64,000 nucleotides of DNA from an uncultured Alphaproteobacteria bacterium (GTDB lineage: Bacteria > Pseudomonadota > Alphaproteobacteria > RF32 > CAG-239). The stretch is from assembly GCA_934270475.1 (NCBI GenBank), contig CAKQPS010000005.1:65945-129944 (forward strand), written 5' to 3'. Shown piece after piece: positions 8,290 through 18,132 of this stretch. The position numbers and the translations under genes were made by a program. Below the pieces are notes generated by a model. The model did no database searches, was not told where the DNA came from, and was given only the letters and a program-made list of their open reading frames with translations. The stretch's first letter is position 1, and every line of letters starts with the position of its first letter.

Positions 8290-9444
8290 ATGAAAAAATA
8301 TTTAATTTACGGAATTGCCGTTTTGGCGATTATCGGCATCAGCTATAAATTGCTGAACCGCAGCACCGGCGGCACGGTTTATAAAACCCAAAAAATAGAA
8401 ACCGGCGACATCATGGAAAGCATCACCGCCTCCGGCACCATCAACCCGCTTTCCACCGTTTCGGTCGGCTCGCAGGCTTCCGGACGTATCGCTGAAATTT
8501 ATGTCGACTATAACTCGGTGGTAAAAAAAGGACAGCTTTTGGCGCTTATTGACCAAGAAAACGCCAAAGCCACGGTGCAGCAGCGCGAAGCTGCTTTGGA
8601 AATTGCCAAAGCGCAGGTAGCCGTAGAAGAAAACAATATCAAATACTATAAAAAAGCACTGAACCGTATTTCTAAACTGAACGCCTCCAAATATTCTACC
8701 GAAAAAGATTTGGAAGCCGCCGAGCGCGACTATGACAACTCGGTTGCGCAGCTGGCTTTGGAACAAGCGCAGGTCAAACAGGCGCAAGCCTCTTTGAACT
8801 CTGCCCAAACCGAACTTTCATATACTGAAATTAAAGCTCCGGTTGACGGTATTGTCATTTCCAAAGCCGTGGAAGTCGGACAAACCGTGGCAGCCAGTTT
8901 TGAAACTCCGGAATTGTTTTCAGTAGCCGAAGATTTAACTAAAATGCAAATTGAAGCCTCGGTAGTTGAAGCTGATATTGCCAAAGTTAAAGAAGGTCAA
9001 AATGTACGCTTTACCGTTGACAGCTATTCCGATGACTATTTTTACGGCACCGTCACACAGGTTCGCAACGAGGCGACAACCACTTCCAACGTTGTAACCT
9101 ACACTGTTGTAATCGGCATAGACAATACGGATATGAAACTTAAACCGGGGATGACCGCCAATGTAGAAATTATCACCGCCGAAGAAAAAGACGTTATGCT
9201 GGTTCCAAACCAAGCTCTGCGCTTTTATATTGATGACAGCGACAACGCCAAACGCTATAAAGACCGCGGCGTATGGATTATGAAAAACGGCAAGCCGGAA
9301 CGCGTAGTGGTTAAAATCGGCGTCAGCGATGAAGATAACACGCAAATTTTGGAAGGTGATATAAAACTTGGCGATGAAGTGATTATCGGCAAAGAACTTT
9401 CCGCCGCTGACACACAAAAAATGAGATTAAGGATGCCGCGTTAA
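8290..9444 (+). CDS. macA: efflux transporter periplasmic adaptor subunit (HlyD/MacA family)
   Basis: Signal-anchor, coiled-coil hairpin and beta-barrel motifs (SVGSQASGRIAEIYV..., ...KAPVDGIVIS). ATG at 8290 has an AAAGG SD; the track ORF starts at an in-frame GTG at 8275. Confidence 0.8.
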   Translation: MKKYLIYGIAVLAIIGISYKLLNRSTGGTVYKTQKIETGDIMESITASGTINPLSTVSVGSQASGRIAEIYVDYNSVVKKGQLLALIDQENAKATVQQREAALEIAKAQVAVEENNIKYYKKALNRISKLNASKYSTEKDLEAAERDYDNSVAQLALEQAQVKQAQASLNSAQTELSYTEIKAPVDGIVISKAVEVGQTVAASFETPELFSVAEDLTKMQIEASVVEADIAKVKEGQNVRFTVDSYSDDYFYGTVTQVRNEATTTSNVVTYTVVIGIDNTDMKLKPGMTANVEIITAEEKDVMLVPNQALRFYIDDSDNAKRYKDRGVWIMKNGKPERVVVKIGVSDEDNTQILEGDIKLGDEVIIGKELSAADTQKMRLRMPR

Positions 9445-10144
9445 TGAAACCGCTGATTCAGTTAAAAAATATCCATAAAAGCTATCCGTTGGACGGCTTT
9501 GATTTGGAAATTCTCAAGGGTATAAACTTGGAAATCCAAGCCGGAGAGTTTGTAGCGATTATGGGACCTTCCGGTTCGGGTAAATCTACCTTGATGAATA
9601 TTTTAGGCTGCTTGGATACGCCGACTTCCGGCGAATATATCTTGGACGGCGAAAACATTGAACACCTTAGCGGCGACCAGCTGGCAGAAATCCGCAACCG
9701 CAAAATCGGCTTTGTTTTTCAGGGCTTTAACCTGCTCTCGCGCACTTCGGCCATAGAAAACGTGGAGCTGCCGATGGTTTACGCCGGTGTGCCGGATAAG
9801 GAACGCGAAGAGCGTGCTGCCAAAGCTTTGGACAGCGTCGGTCTGCATGAGCGTATGCATCACCAGCCAAACCAGCTTTCCGGCGGTCAGCAGCAGCGCG
9901 TCGCCATTGCCCGAGCCATTGTCAACGAAGCTCCGATAATTTTTGCCGATGAGCCAACCGGAAACCTTGATACCAAAATGAGTGTGGAAATTATGGATTT
10001 GTTTACAAAGCTGAACGAAAAACTGCACCGCACCATTATTTTGGTAACCCACGAAGAAGATATTGCCTTGTTTGCCAAACGCATTATAAAAATCGTGGAC
10101 GGCGAAATCCACTCAGATATTATCAACACGAAAAGAGTTCAGAA

Positions 10145-10148
<4 letters not shown>
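9444..10148 (+). CDS. macB: ABC transporter ATP-binding protein (MacB/LolD-type)
   Basis: Walker A GPSGSGKST, signature LSGGQQQRVAIARA and Walker B IIFADEPTGNLD. Confidence 0.9.
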
Positions 10149-11374
<1,226 letters not shown>

Positions 11375-11425
11375 AAATAACACTTAAAAAACTTCCGATA
11401 TTTTCCTATCGGAAGTTTTTTTATT

Positions 11426-12046
11426 CTATTGCAAATCATTAAGTAGTTTTTTCAGTTCCAACAGCTTTGAACTGTCGTAGGCTTTGAAATAATCCTCCGA
11501 ATTTTCATCCATATCGCGGCATAATCGGCTTAAAGACAAATAATCATAAAATTTATCGTTCCACTCCACCTGCTCTTCTCCTATTTTTTCTTGAACTACC
11601 TCCAAAATAATCTGTCGGCGGGTTTCATTCAAATCTTCTGTAATAATTTGCGGCAGATTTTGCTGCACTATCTTATCATTATTCATAAATTCAAAATCCA
11701 TAAGTTCAAAAAATTTTTGTAAATTATAGCCGTACTTCTGCAGCGCCAAATCAACTTTTTCTATTTCATCTCTATATCGTTCTTGAAATTTCTGCGGAAA
11801 GTTCTGCAATTCATAACCATTTTCCTTGCAGACATAGCCATAGCCTTTAACCATGCTATACACCATCATGCCGGCGTAACCTGCCTGATATTCCTTTTGC
11901 TGATTCTGTTGCTGCATCTTATAAAATGAAACAAAGCCGACCAAAACAACCACCACAAAACTAAGATAGACTCTAGGTTTTTTGAAAAAATTTATCAAAC
12001 AGTTATTTGTCTGTTTAACTTTTGCCGTTTCTTTCTGTTTTGCCAT
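11426..12046 (-). CDS. hypothetical single-pass membrane protein
   Basis: ATG at 12046 with AGGAG SD 9 nt upstream; one TM (VYLSFVVVVLVGFVSF) then a soluble domain with no recognisable motif. The track ORF is extended to 12109. Confidence 0.45.
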   Translation of the reverse strand: MAKQKETAKVKQTNNCLINFFKKPRVYLSFVVVVLVGFVSFYKMQQQNQQKEYQAGYAGMMVYSMVKGYGYVCKENGYELQNFPQKFQERYRDEIEKVDLALQKYGYNLQKFFELMDFEFMNNDKIVQQNLPQIITEDLNETRRQIILEVVQEKIGEEQVEWNDKFYDYLSLSRLCRDMDENSEDYFKAYDSSKLLELKKLLNDLQ

Positions 12047-12162
12047 CACAAAAATCTCCTTAATAATGATTTTACACTTATGTTTAGCAAAAATTTTTAT
12101 ATTCTGCAAGTTTTACATTTTTTGTTTGTTATCATCTTTTTTATTGACAAAATCAGCTTTTT

Positions 12163-12190
12163 TTGTTAATTTTAAAACAAATTTTATAAT
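12163..12190 (+). promoter_or_regulatory. candidate promoter TTGTTA-16-TATAAT
   Basis: TTGTTA at 12163-12168 and TATAAT at 12185-12190, in an AT-rich intergenic region upstream of ORF 12266. Confidence 0.35.
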
Positions 12191-12265
12191 TTTGTTTTTT
12201 ATTATGTCTTGTATGGCTTAGGCAATCATACATTTAAGACTAACGCCTCATAAATTTACTGTTTT

Positions 12266-12643
12266 ATGGAAAAGTTTATGCTTGCAAGCACACTTTTGGT
12301 ATGTGACGCTAATTTGCCAGCCGGCTGCACATTTTTTTGGGCAGGTCCGCTGGATTCAGAAAACGAGCTCGTTGACATCATTGTTTTCCGCACTAACACA
12401 ACTTCCGACTTTAAGCCTATGCTTAAAAAGGATCTCAACGCGCTCAAGGCAATGAAGCCAACAGACAATGTTAAGGCGCAAATAACCTTCATTCAGAATA
12501 CTCTGCACAAAATGTCAACGCCCGCGTTTGTTCATACTCCAAAGCAAATCTTGCTTGACACTGTGGCAAAGGGCTTGAAATTATCGTCATTAACAGCTGA
12601 CGATGTTGTCTATCTGTCCGGCGTATCATCGGTTATCAAGTAA
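12266..12643 (+). CDS. hypothetical protein (125 aa)
   Basis: ORF between a promoter-like and a terminator-like element; no motif recognised. Confidence 0.4.
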   Translation: MEKFMLASTLLVCDANLPAGCTFFWAGPLDSENELVDIIVFRTNTTSDFKPMLKKDLNALKAMKPTDNVKAQITFIQNTLHKMSTPAFVHTPKQILLDTVAKGLKLSSLTADDVVYLSGVSSVIK

Positions 12644-12649
12644 CCCTAT

Positions 12650-12688
12650 AAAAAAACACCATTGCACTAAAGCAATGGTGTTTTTTTA
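12650..12688. terminator. bidirectional intrinsic terminator
   Basis: A7-ACACCATTGC-ACTAAA-GCAATGGTGT-T7: a perfect 10-bp stem flanked by an A-run and a T-run, between convergent ORFs 12266 (+) and 12700 (-). Confidence 0.6.
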
Positions 12689-12699
12689 ATAGTGTCGCC

Positions 12700-13881
12700 T
12701 CAAGCTTTGTTCTCTTCCAAATGCTGCTCATACAAGCGCTGAAGCTCAATATTCATCAGCTCCGGCTCATATGCCGCGGTAACCTCCAGCACGCACCAGT
12801 CCGACTGACTCAGCTCACCCAAACGATAGTCCGCATACACATTTTCCAGCATATGCATGAGCGGATAGTGAAACAGCGGAGTCATGCTAAGGCTGTTGAT
12901 GCGCGGTCTGATTTTCAAAAGCAAATCGCGGCTCATCGGGCTAAGAAAACCTCGATCAAATATAAAGTTAATCATATTTATCGAGATGCGTCCTGTAAGC
13001 GGAACAATGTCATAGACAAAAGCGCAGATTTCCTTATAAATTTGCGCCTGCTCCTCTTTTTCCTGTTTGGTATCGGCAGGCAGCGAATTGTAAATGGAAA
13101 TAATCCACTCTTCCGCTTGATGATAGTACTTCTCGCGGCGGCAGCCGTCCTTTTGATTGAGCAACAAGCGAATTTCCGACACGCCCAGCTTCACCTTGTT
13201 GTTTTTCATTGAAGCAAAGTGTTTCAGCGTTTGCTTCAAAAACTGCTTGTTTTCTTCAAACACCGCATCCTGCAGCACCATCTTAGCGCTCCACTTAGAA
13301 AAGTCCAGACGATTGCCGTCTTGTAACATCTCATACGCAGCGCGTCCGATTTCGTTTATCTTACAAACAAACTCTGTGGTTTTGCTAATAAGATATTCCA
13401 CCGAATGATTGTTGTTCTTCACAAAGCTCTTGCGCATTTCACTCAAAAGCTTGTTGTACTCGTTGTGATTAAACTCTTTAACGTGATGCAGTTTTTCTAC
13501 AAACACGATAGAGTTCATATCATAACCATGGTGTTTGATATGGTCCAGAAACGTCTGCTGCATATTCAGATACAGACGACGTTCAATGGCGTCAATTTCG
13601 ATGATTTCATCTTCGAAATCTTCGAACTTTTCGCCATTTTTCATACGCTCAACCGCCCAACGGCGAGCCACAGGCATAGACTTGGCAATTGCATCGCGTA
13701 TCAAAAACCGCTTGTTAAAGGAAAAGCTTTTCAAAAACTCTCTAGGCGTCTTAATCTTGTCGACCACAGTTTTTGACTGCAGAAGACCACCGACCACGGC
13801 GCCCAAAACGGCTTTTGCCTCAGCCACGTCCTTAACCTTTGAATCACTTGACACTAAATTTCTAATAATTGTCATACACAA
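12700..13881 (-). CDS. hypothetical protein (393 aa, no recognisable domain)
   Basis: Long uninterrupted ORF with typical codon usage; no catalytic or structural motif identified by eye. Confidence 0.5.
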   Translation of the reverse strand: MCMTIIRNLVSSDSKVKDVAEAKAVLGAVVGGLLQSKTVVDKIKTPREFLKSFSFNKRFLIRDAIAKSMPVARRWAVERMKNGEKFEDFEDEIIEIDAIERRLYLNMQQTFLDHIKHHGYDMNSIVFVEKLHHVKEFNHNEYNKLLSEMRKSFVKNNNHSVEYLISKTTEFVCKINEIGRAAYEMLQDGNRLDFSKWSAKMVLQDAVFEENKQFLKQTLKHFASMKNNKVKLGVSEIRLLLNQKDGCRREKYYHQAEEWIISIYNSLPADTKQEKEEQAQIYKEICAFVYDIVPLTGRISINMINFIFDRGFLSPMSRDLLLKIRPRINSLSMTPLFHYPLMHMLENVYADYRLGELSQSDWCVLEVTAAYEPELMNIELQRLYEQHLEENKA

Positions 13882-13927
13882 AATACTTTAAGTTTATAAT
13901 AATTCAGCTATCAATATTAGAATAACG

Positions 13928-14257
13928 CTATTTTGCAGCCTTGTCAATATTTCGCCCTGATTTGTTTTTATTTGTCTTTAAACTTTGGCTGTTTTTTAAA
14001 TGTTCAGCTTTAGGATACAGTACCTTCTGTTCTATGGTTTTAACCGTTTCGGTGTGTTCTATTTTGACTATTTCCGTATGATAATGGTCTATAATGTGCA
14101 TAATTTTACGCCAAAAACCGGCTTCATACGCCGCAATAGCCCCCCATACCGCCATAAGAAACATTAAAATGGTAGATATACTTTCGGCTATGTCCAGTTT
14201 TTCTTTTAAACTATATTTTGGCTTTGAGTTTTGCATAAAAAATATGTAATCGCTCAA
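13928..14257 (-). CDS. hypothetical small membrane protein (109 aa)
   Basis: One predicted TM (ISTILMFLMAVWGAIAAY). Confidence 0.4.
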   Translation of the reverse strand: MSDYIFFMQNSKPKYSLKEKLDIAESISTILMFLMAVWGAIAAYEAGFWRKIMHIIDHYHTEIVKIEHTETVKTIEQKVLYPKAEHLKNSQSLKTNKNKSGRNIDKAAK

Positions 14258-14275
14258 AGCCTGAATACAAATATG

Positions 14276-14905
14276 CTATTTAGGATATCCTATCGGCTGA
14301 TGGGCAATAGTAAATTCATCTGCGCCCAAATTTAAAGCTTCCGCCGCAACTTCATCATTCGGCAAACCGCGGATAACCGTGCTCAGCCCTTTAGCCGCCG
14401 CATATAAATAAACATTTTGATAAGCCGAACCAGCATGGGCAAAACCCCACATTTTATCAGAACTAGTATAAAGCAAATGAACAGGAGCTTGCAAAATAAA
14501 ATCCTGCTTTTCCGCCAAATACGGCAACAAATTTTTATCCGAAACTTTTTCCAGCAGATTCTCTTTTGCTTTATACAGCCAAACGCCGTTGCTGTTCAGC
14601 ACAAACACCTTTAGATTTTTATTATTGCGCGCTGTCGGAATGGTTATTTTGCCATATTGATTAACCCCGACGGCGCTCCATAAAATTTCGCTCAAAGTCG
14701 TATCATCAATCCGCTTGTCTACATCATAGCTCCTGCCCGATTGACGTTCATCTAAAAGCTGCATTAACGAAGCCGACTGCATTTCTAAATCAGGCTCCGG
14801 AAGCTTTTTCACCTCAGCGGCACAGGCATTAACCGCCATCATCATAAACGCTGCAAAACTGTTCAAAAAAAGTTTATTCATATTTTTTTCCTTAATTGTT
14901 GCCAA
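14276..14905 (-). CDS. nitroreductase family protein with N-terminal signal peptide
   Basis: RQSGRSY (nitroreductase RRSxR-type motif) plus a C-terminal nitroreductase fold pattern. N-terminus MNKLFLNSFAAFMMMAVNACAAE looks like a Sec signal. Confidence 0.55.
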   Translation of the reverse strand: MATIKEKNMNKLFLNSFAAFMMMAVNACAAEVKKLPEPDLEMQSASLMQLLDERQSGRSYDVDKRIDDTTLSEILWSAVGVNQYGKITIPTARNNKNLKVFVLNSNGVWLYKAKENLLEKVSDKNLLPYLAEKQDFILQAPVHLLYTSSDKMWGFAHAGSAYQNVYLYAAAKGLSTVIRGLPNDEVAAEALNLGADEFTIAHQPIGYPK

Positions 14906-15575
14906 AGTGTTCTTTTATAATTTTATAAACGTCCCGCATATTATCGCTGACTTTAAAAGCCCCCGCCTTGGTGCAGGCAGCAGCATATTCCGGCGTGTTG
15001 TGACCAGTGGCTCCGATATATGCGATAACCGGTATTCCGGCGGCAACTGCGGCTTTTATGCCGGCGGCAGAATCTTCCACCACCAAACAATTTTGCGGTT
15101 TAAAGCCCATTTTTTCTGCCGCATACAAAAAAATATCCGGCGCTGGTTTTCCGTTTGCCACCATATAAGCCGTAAAAGTGTTGTGCTCGTCAAAATATTT
15201 GCCTAAACCGAGTTTTTTCACCTTTTTATTATGCTTTTCTATTGTAGCTCCTGTTGCCACACATTGAGCAAAATTTTTATCATCTAAAATTTTTTCTATA
15301 TCGGCAGTCAGCACCAATTCAGAGGCAATCAGCCGGTCTTCATTTTGATGAATTTTATCCCAAAAATAATCATCAAGCTTTATGTTCGGAAAATCTTTTG
15401 CAAACAATTCCACTTTCGTTTTATCGGCTTTTCCCTCTAAATATTGCTTTTGCAAAGCTGCCGAAAGCTTTAAGCCATAGAGTTCCTGCAAAGTTTCGGT
15501 CCAATTTTGCACCCACAAATGCTCGCTGTCTGCCAAAACACCGTCAAAATCCCAAATCAGCAAATTTTTCTGCAT
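14892..15575 (-). CDS. HAD-IA family hydrolase (beta-phosphoglucomutase-like)
   Basis: Motif I LIWDFDGVLADSE, and a downstream VEDSAAGIKAAVAAG motif. Confidence 0.75.
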   Translation of the reverse strand: MQKNLLIWDFDGVLADSEHLWVQNWTETLQELYGLKLSAALQKQYLEGKADKTKVELFAKDFPNIKLDDYFWDKIHQNEDRLIASELVLTADIEKILDDKNFAQCVATGATIEKHNKKVKKLGLGKYFDEHNTFTAYMVANGKPAPDIFLYAAEKMGFKPQNCLVVEDSAAGIKAAVAAGIPVIAYIGATGHNTPEYAAACTKAGAFKVSDNMRDVYKIIKEHFGNN

Positions 15576-17198
15576 TTACTTCTCCCCATGTCGATATTCG
15601 TCTTTTAAAATCCACAATTGCGGACGTTCTGTTGAGTTATAATATTTTTTGACTAGTTCCATATTCCAAATATAAGCTTTTGGCTGCGGAATGTTAATCA
15701 GTAATTCGGTTAAAGGATAGTCTTTTATATTCATTTTTTGATACAAATACATCATATCCGCATTATATTCAAACAGCTTTTTCTCCCTGCGTTCGCTGAA
15801 CGGAGTGTTTTTATAATCCGATGCAAAAATTATTGTCGGTCTTTGTTTTAGAACAACCTCGTTCAAATCTGTTTTTTTCTCAGCAAAATTTGTTTCATAC
15901 ACATAGCCTGTATCGTTTAATAAGAACCAAACATAATTGCTGTCGGGACGAAATAAATTAGGGCTGTAATTGTGCGCATTCATAACCGTTTCATCAGCAG
16001 CGGTGTGTTCTATAATAAATTTTGTATCTTCTAAAGCGCCTTTTATTTGGTCGTTATAAATTCCGTTATGAAAATTAGCATAGTTTTGCGAGCCTAAAAT
16101 GCAAACAAAGCAAAATAAAAACAAATTGTATATCTTTTGCTTAAATTTTGACATATTCCTGAAAATGACCGACGCAATTATTATTGAAGCAAATGCCAGC
16201 AGCAAAGAAAAATAATGCGGATACGGAGAAAAAGTCAAAAGTCTTACTCCCAGCTCGCTGAAAAACAAAATAACCAAACAAAGAGCAGCCGGCTTTTTTA
16301 TTTGCAAAAAATTAGCATATCCTAGAATTGCCGTGCAGGAAAACACCGTTGCAATCGGGGTAAAATGAACTGCGCCCCACCCGTTGGTAAAAGGCAGATA
16401 AATCAAGAAATTTCCCAAATTCAGCCGTATTCTATGCAAGCCATAATATTGCACCAGCATGCTGTTTAAGGTGTAATTCAATTCTATATATTTCAGCAAC
16501 ATTCCGTGACAGCACAGCCAAGCAATAAAACCCGCCGTTATAACCGCCGGCAATATCAGCGCTTTGGTAAAATCAGCCGGTTTAATTTGCTTTTTCCATA
16601 ACAAAATAAAAGTATATACCGCCAGCACCAGTAGTAATAATATAATTTTTTGCAAAAAGAAAAATGAAAGCGTAAATAACAAAAATGAAATAATTAAATC
16701 TTTGCCGCGCTTTTCCTCAAGATAGCTTAAATAATAATATAAACCGCTCCAAAAGCATAAGTTCATAAACGTATCCGGACGAAATTCCGTAATATAGCGG
16801 CTGTCGTCATACCCTAGGCAAAACACTAAAAACGCCGCCAGCCAAATTTGCCAGCCGCCGAGCCACTTGGTGATAATTTTATAAATATAAAACCAGCAAA
16901 TCAATGAAGCCGCCACCGCAATAATCCGCGATACATAGACAATATTCAGATTGTCATACATCAGTCCGGCAACCGGCGCAAACAAATACCACAGCAAAGG
17001 ATTATGATGTTCAAAAAAATCAACATACGGCGTTTTGCCGCTCCACACCAGCCAAGCAACATGCAAATGCTCCGTCTCGTCTGAAGGATATCCTTTATAA
17101 AACATATCAAACGCAATCTGCGCCAAAAGCAAAGCAATCGTCAAAAAGACCAAAACCGCTGTCAAGTTTATATTATTTATGTTTATCTTCTTAATCAT
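15576..17198 (-). CDS. GT39/GT83-like polytopic membrane glycosyltransferase (ArnT/PMT-like)
   Basis: More than 10 predicted TM segments and an N-proximal loop containing the SDETEH acidic motif typical of ArnT/PMT-type transferases. Confidence 0.5.
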   Translation of the reverse strand: MIKKININNINLTAVLVFLTIALLLAQIAFDMFYKGYPSDETEHLHVAWLVWSGKTPYVDFFEHHNPLLWYLFAPVAGLMYDNLNIVYVSRIIAVAASLICWFYIYKIITKWLGGWQIWLAAFLVFCLGYDDSRYITEFRPDTFMNLCFWSGLYYYLSYLEEKRGKDLIISFLLFTLSFFFLQKIILLLLVLAVYTFILLWKKQIKPADFTKALILPAVITAGFIAWLCCHGMLLKYIELNYTLNSMLVQYYGLHRIRLNLGNFLIYLPFTNGWGAVHFTPIATVFSCTAILGYANFLQIKKPAALCLVILFFSELGVRLLTFSPYPHYFSLLLAFASIIIASVIFRNMSKFKQKIYNLFLFCFVCILGSQNYANFHNGIYNDQIKGALEDTKFIIEHTAADETVMNAHNYSPNLFRPDSNYVWFLLNDTGYVYETNFAEKKTDLNEVVLKQRPTIIFASDYKNTPFSERREKKLFEYNADMMYLYQKMNIKDYPLTELLINIPQPKAYIWNMELVKKYYNSTERPQLWILKDEYRHGEK

Positions 17199-17365
17199 GC
17201 TTACACTATAAAATAACCAATAAACCTAAGTCAATTTATTTATCAATATGTCCACGTTAAAATATATTGACTTTTTTATCCCCCGCCCCGCAAAAAAATA
17301 CTTACATAAAAATTATTTTAAGAGTATATTCCGCAGTGTGTTATGTATTATTGAATAGGGAAAAA

Positions 17366-17977
17366 ATGAAACTTATTGAATTTATAAAAAAAATTCCGGC
17401 GCGTCTGCAATGGAATTTATCTTGGCTTACAGTCGTTGAATTTATTTATATAGCGGCAATTACGTTTATGCTAAAATATGCTGATGCCCAGCTTTTTGTA
17501 GAAGGCGGCTGGATAGAAAATCTGCAATTGGTTATTTTGGGCTCCGCGTTAATAATTGCTCTGCGCTCGCCCAAAGACAAAGCTTTGTTTACGGCTTTGT
17601 CCTTGGTTATTGTGCTTATGCTGATGCGGGAGACCAACTTGGGTCGTTCATATTTTTGCGAAAAATATTTGTCGCCCGATGAAATCTGCCGCTGGAAAAA
17701 GATGAAATATGGTTTCATTGTTGAGCCCCTGCGCAACCTGTACGGCGTTTATATTCTCTACTATATATGGAGCAAGAAGGTCTATCAAACTATTTGGCAA
17801 TATATTTTGCATGCTCCTGTTTTTGTTTGGGATTCCCTTGTATTGATTGGCGCTGCAGTAGCGGCGACGCTTGCTGAATTTCCGTTTATAGATAATGAAA
17901 TTCTTGAAGAAAGCTGCGAAATGCTGATGTATATCGCTTTTACCAGCCTTGTTTGGAAATATTCGCGCCGCACCTAA
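17366..17977 (+). CDS. hypothetical polytopic membrane protein
   Basis: ATG at 17366 with AGGG SD; 5-6 TM segments. The track ORF is extended upstream to 17267. Confidence 0.45.
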   Translation: MKLIEFIKKIPARLQWNLSWLTVVEFIYIAAITFMLKYADAQLFVEGGWIENLQLVILGSALIIALRSPKDKALFTALSLVIVLMLMRETNLGRSYFCEKYLSPDEICRWKKMKYGFIVEPLRNLYGVYILYYIWSKKVYQTIWQYILHAPVFVWDSLVLIGAAVAATLAEFPFIDNEILEESCEMLMYIAFTSLVWKYSRRT

Positions 17978-18048
17978 AAAATCAGCACTTTTTTGCTTGC
18001 ATTACAATATCCTAAGTTTAGCTGGTGTTACATTTTCTCCGTTAAAAT

Positions 18049-18080
18049 TGTTTACAATTTGTTAATAAATATTGTAAACA
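18049..18080. promoter_or_regulatory. perfect 10-bp inverted repeat TGTTTACAAT-N12-ATTGTAAACA upstream of the A2M-pbpC operon (candidate operator)
   Basis: Inverted repeat at 18049-18058 and 18071-18080, about 55 nt upstream of the A2M start. Confidence 0.4.
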
Positions 18081-18132
18081 GGCACTAAAAAATTATTATC
18101 TTTACATATTGGTTTTATTTTGGAGAAAACAT

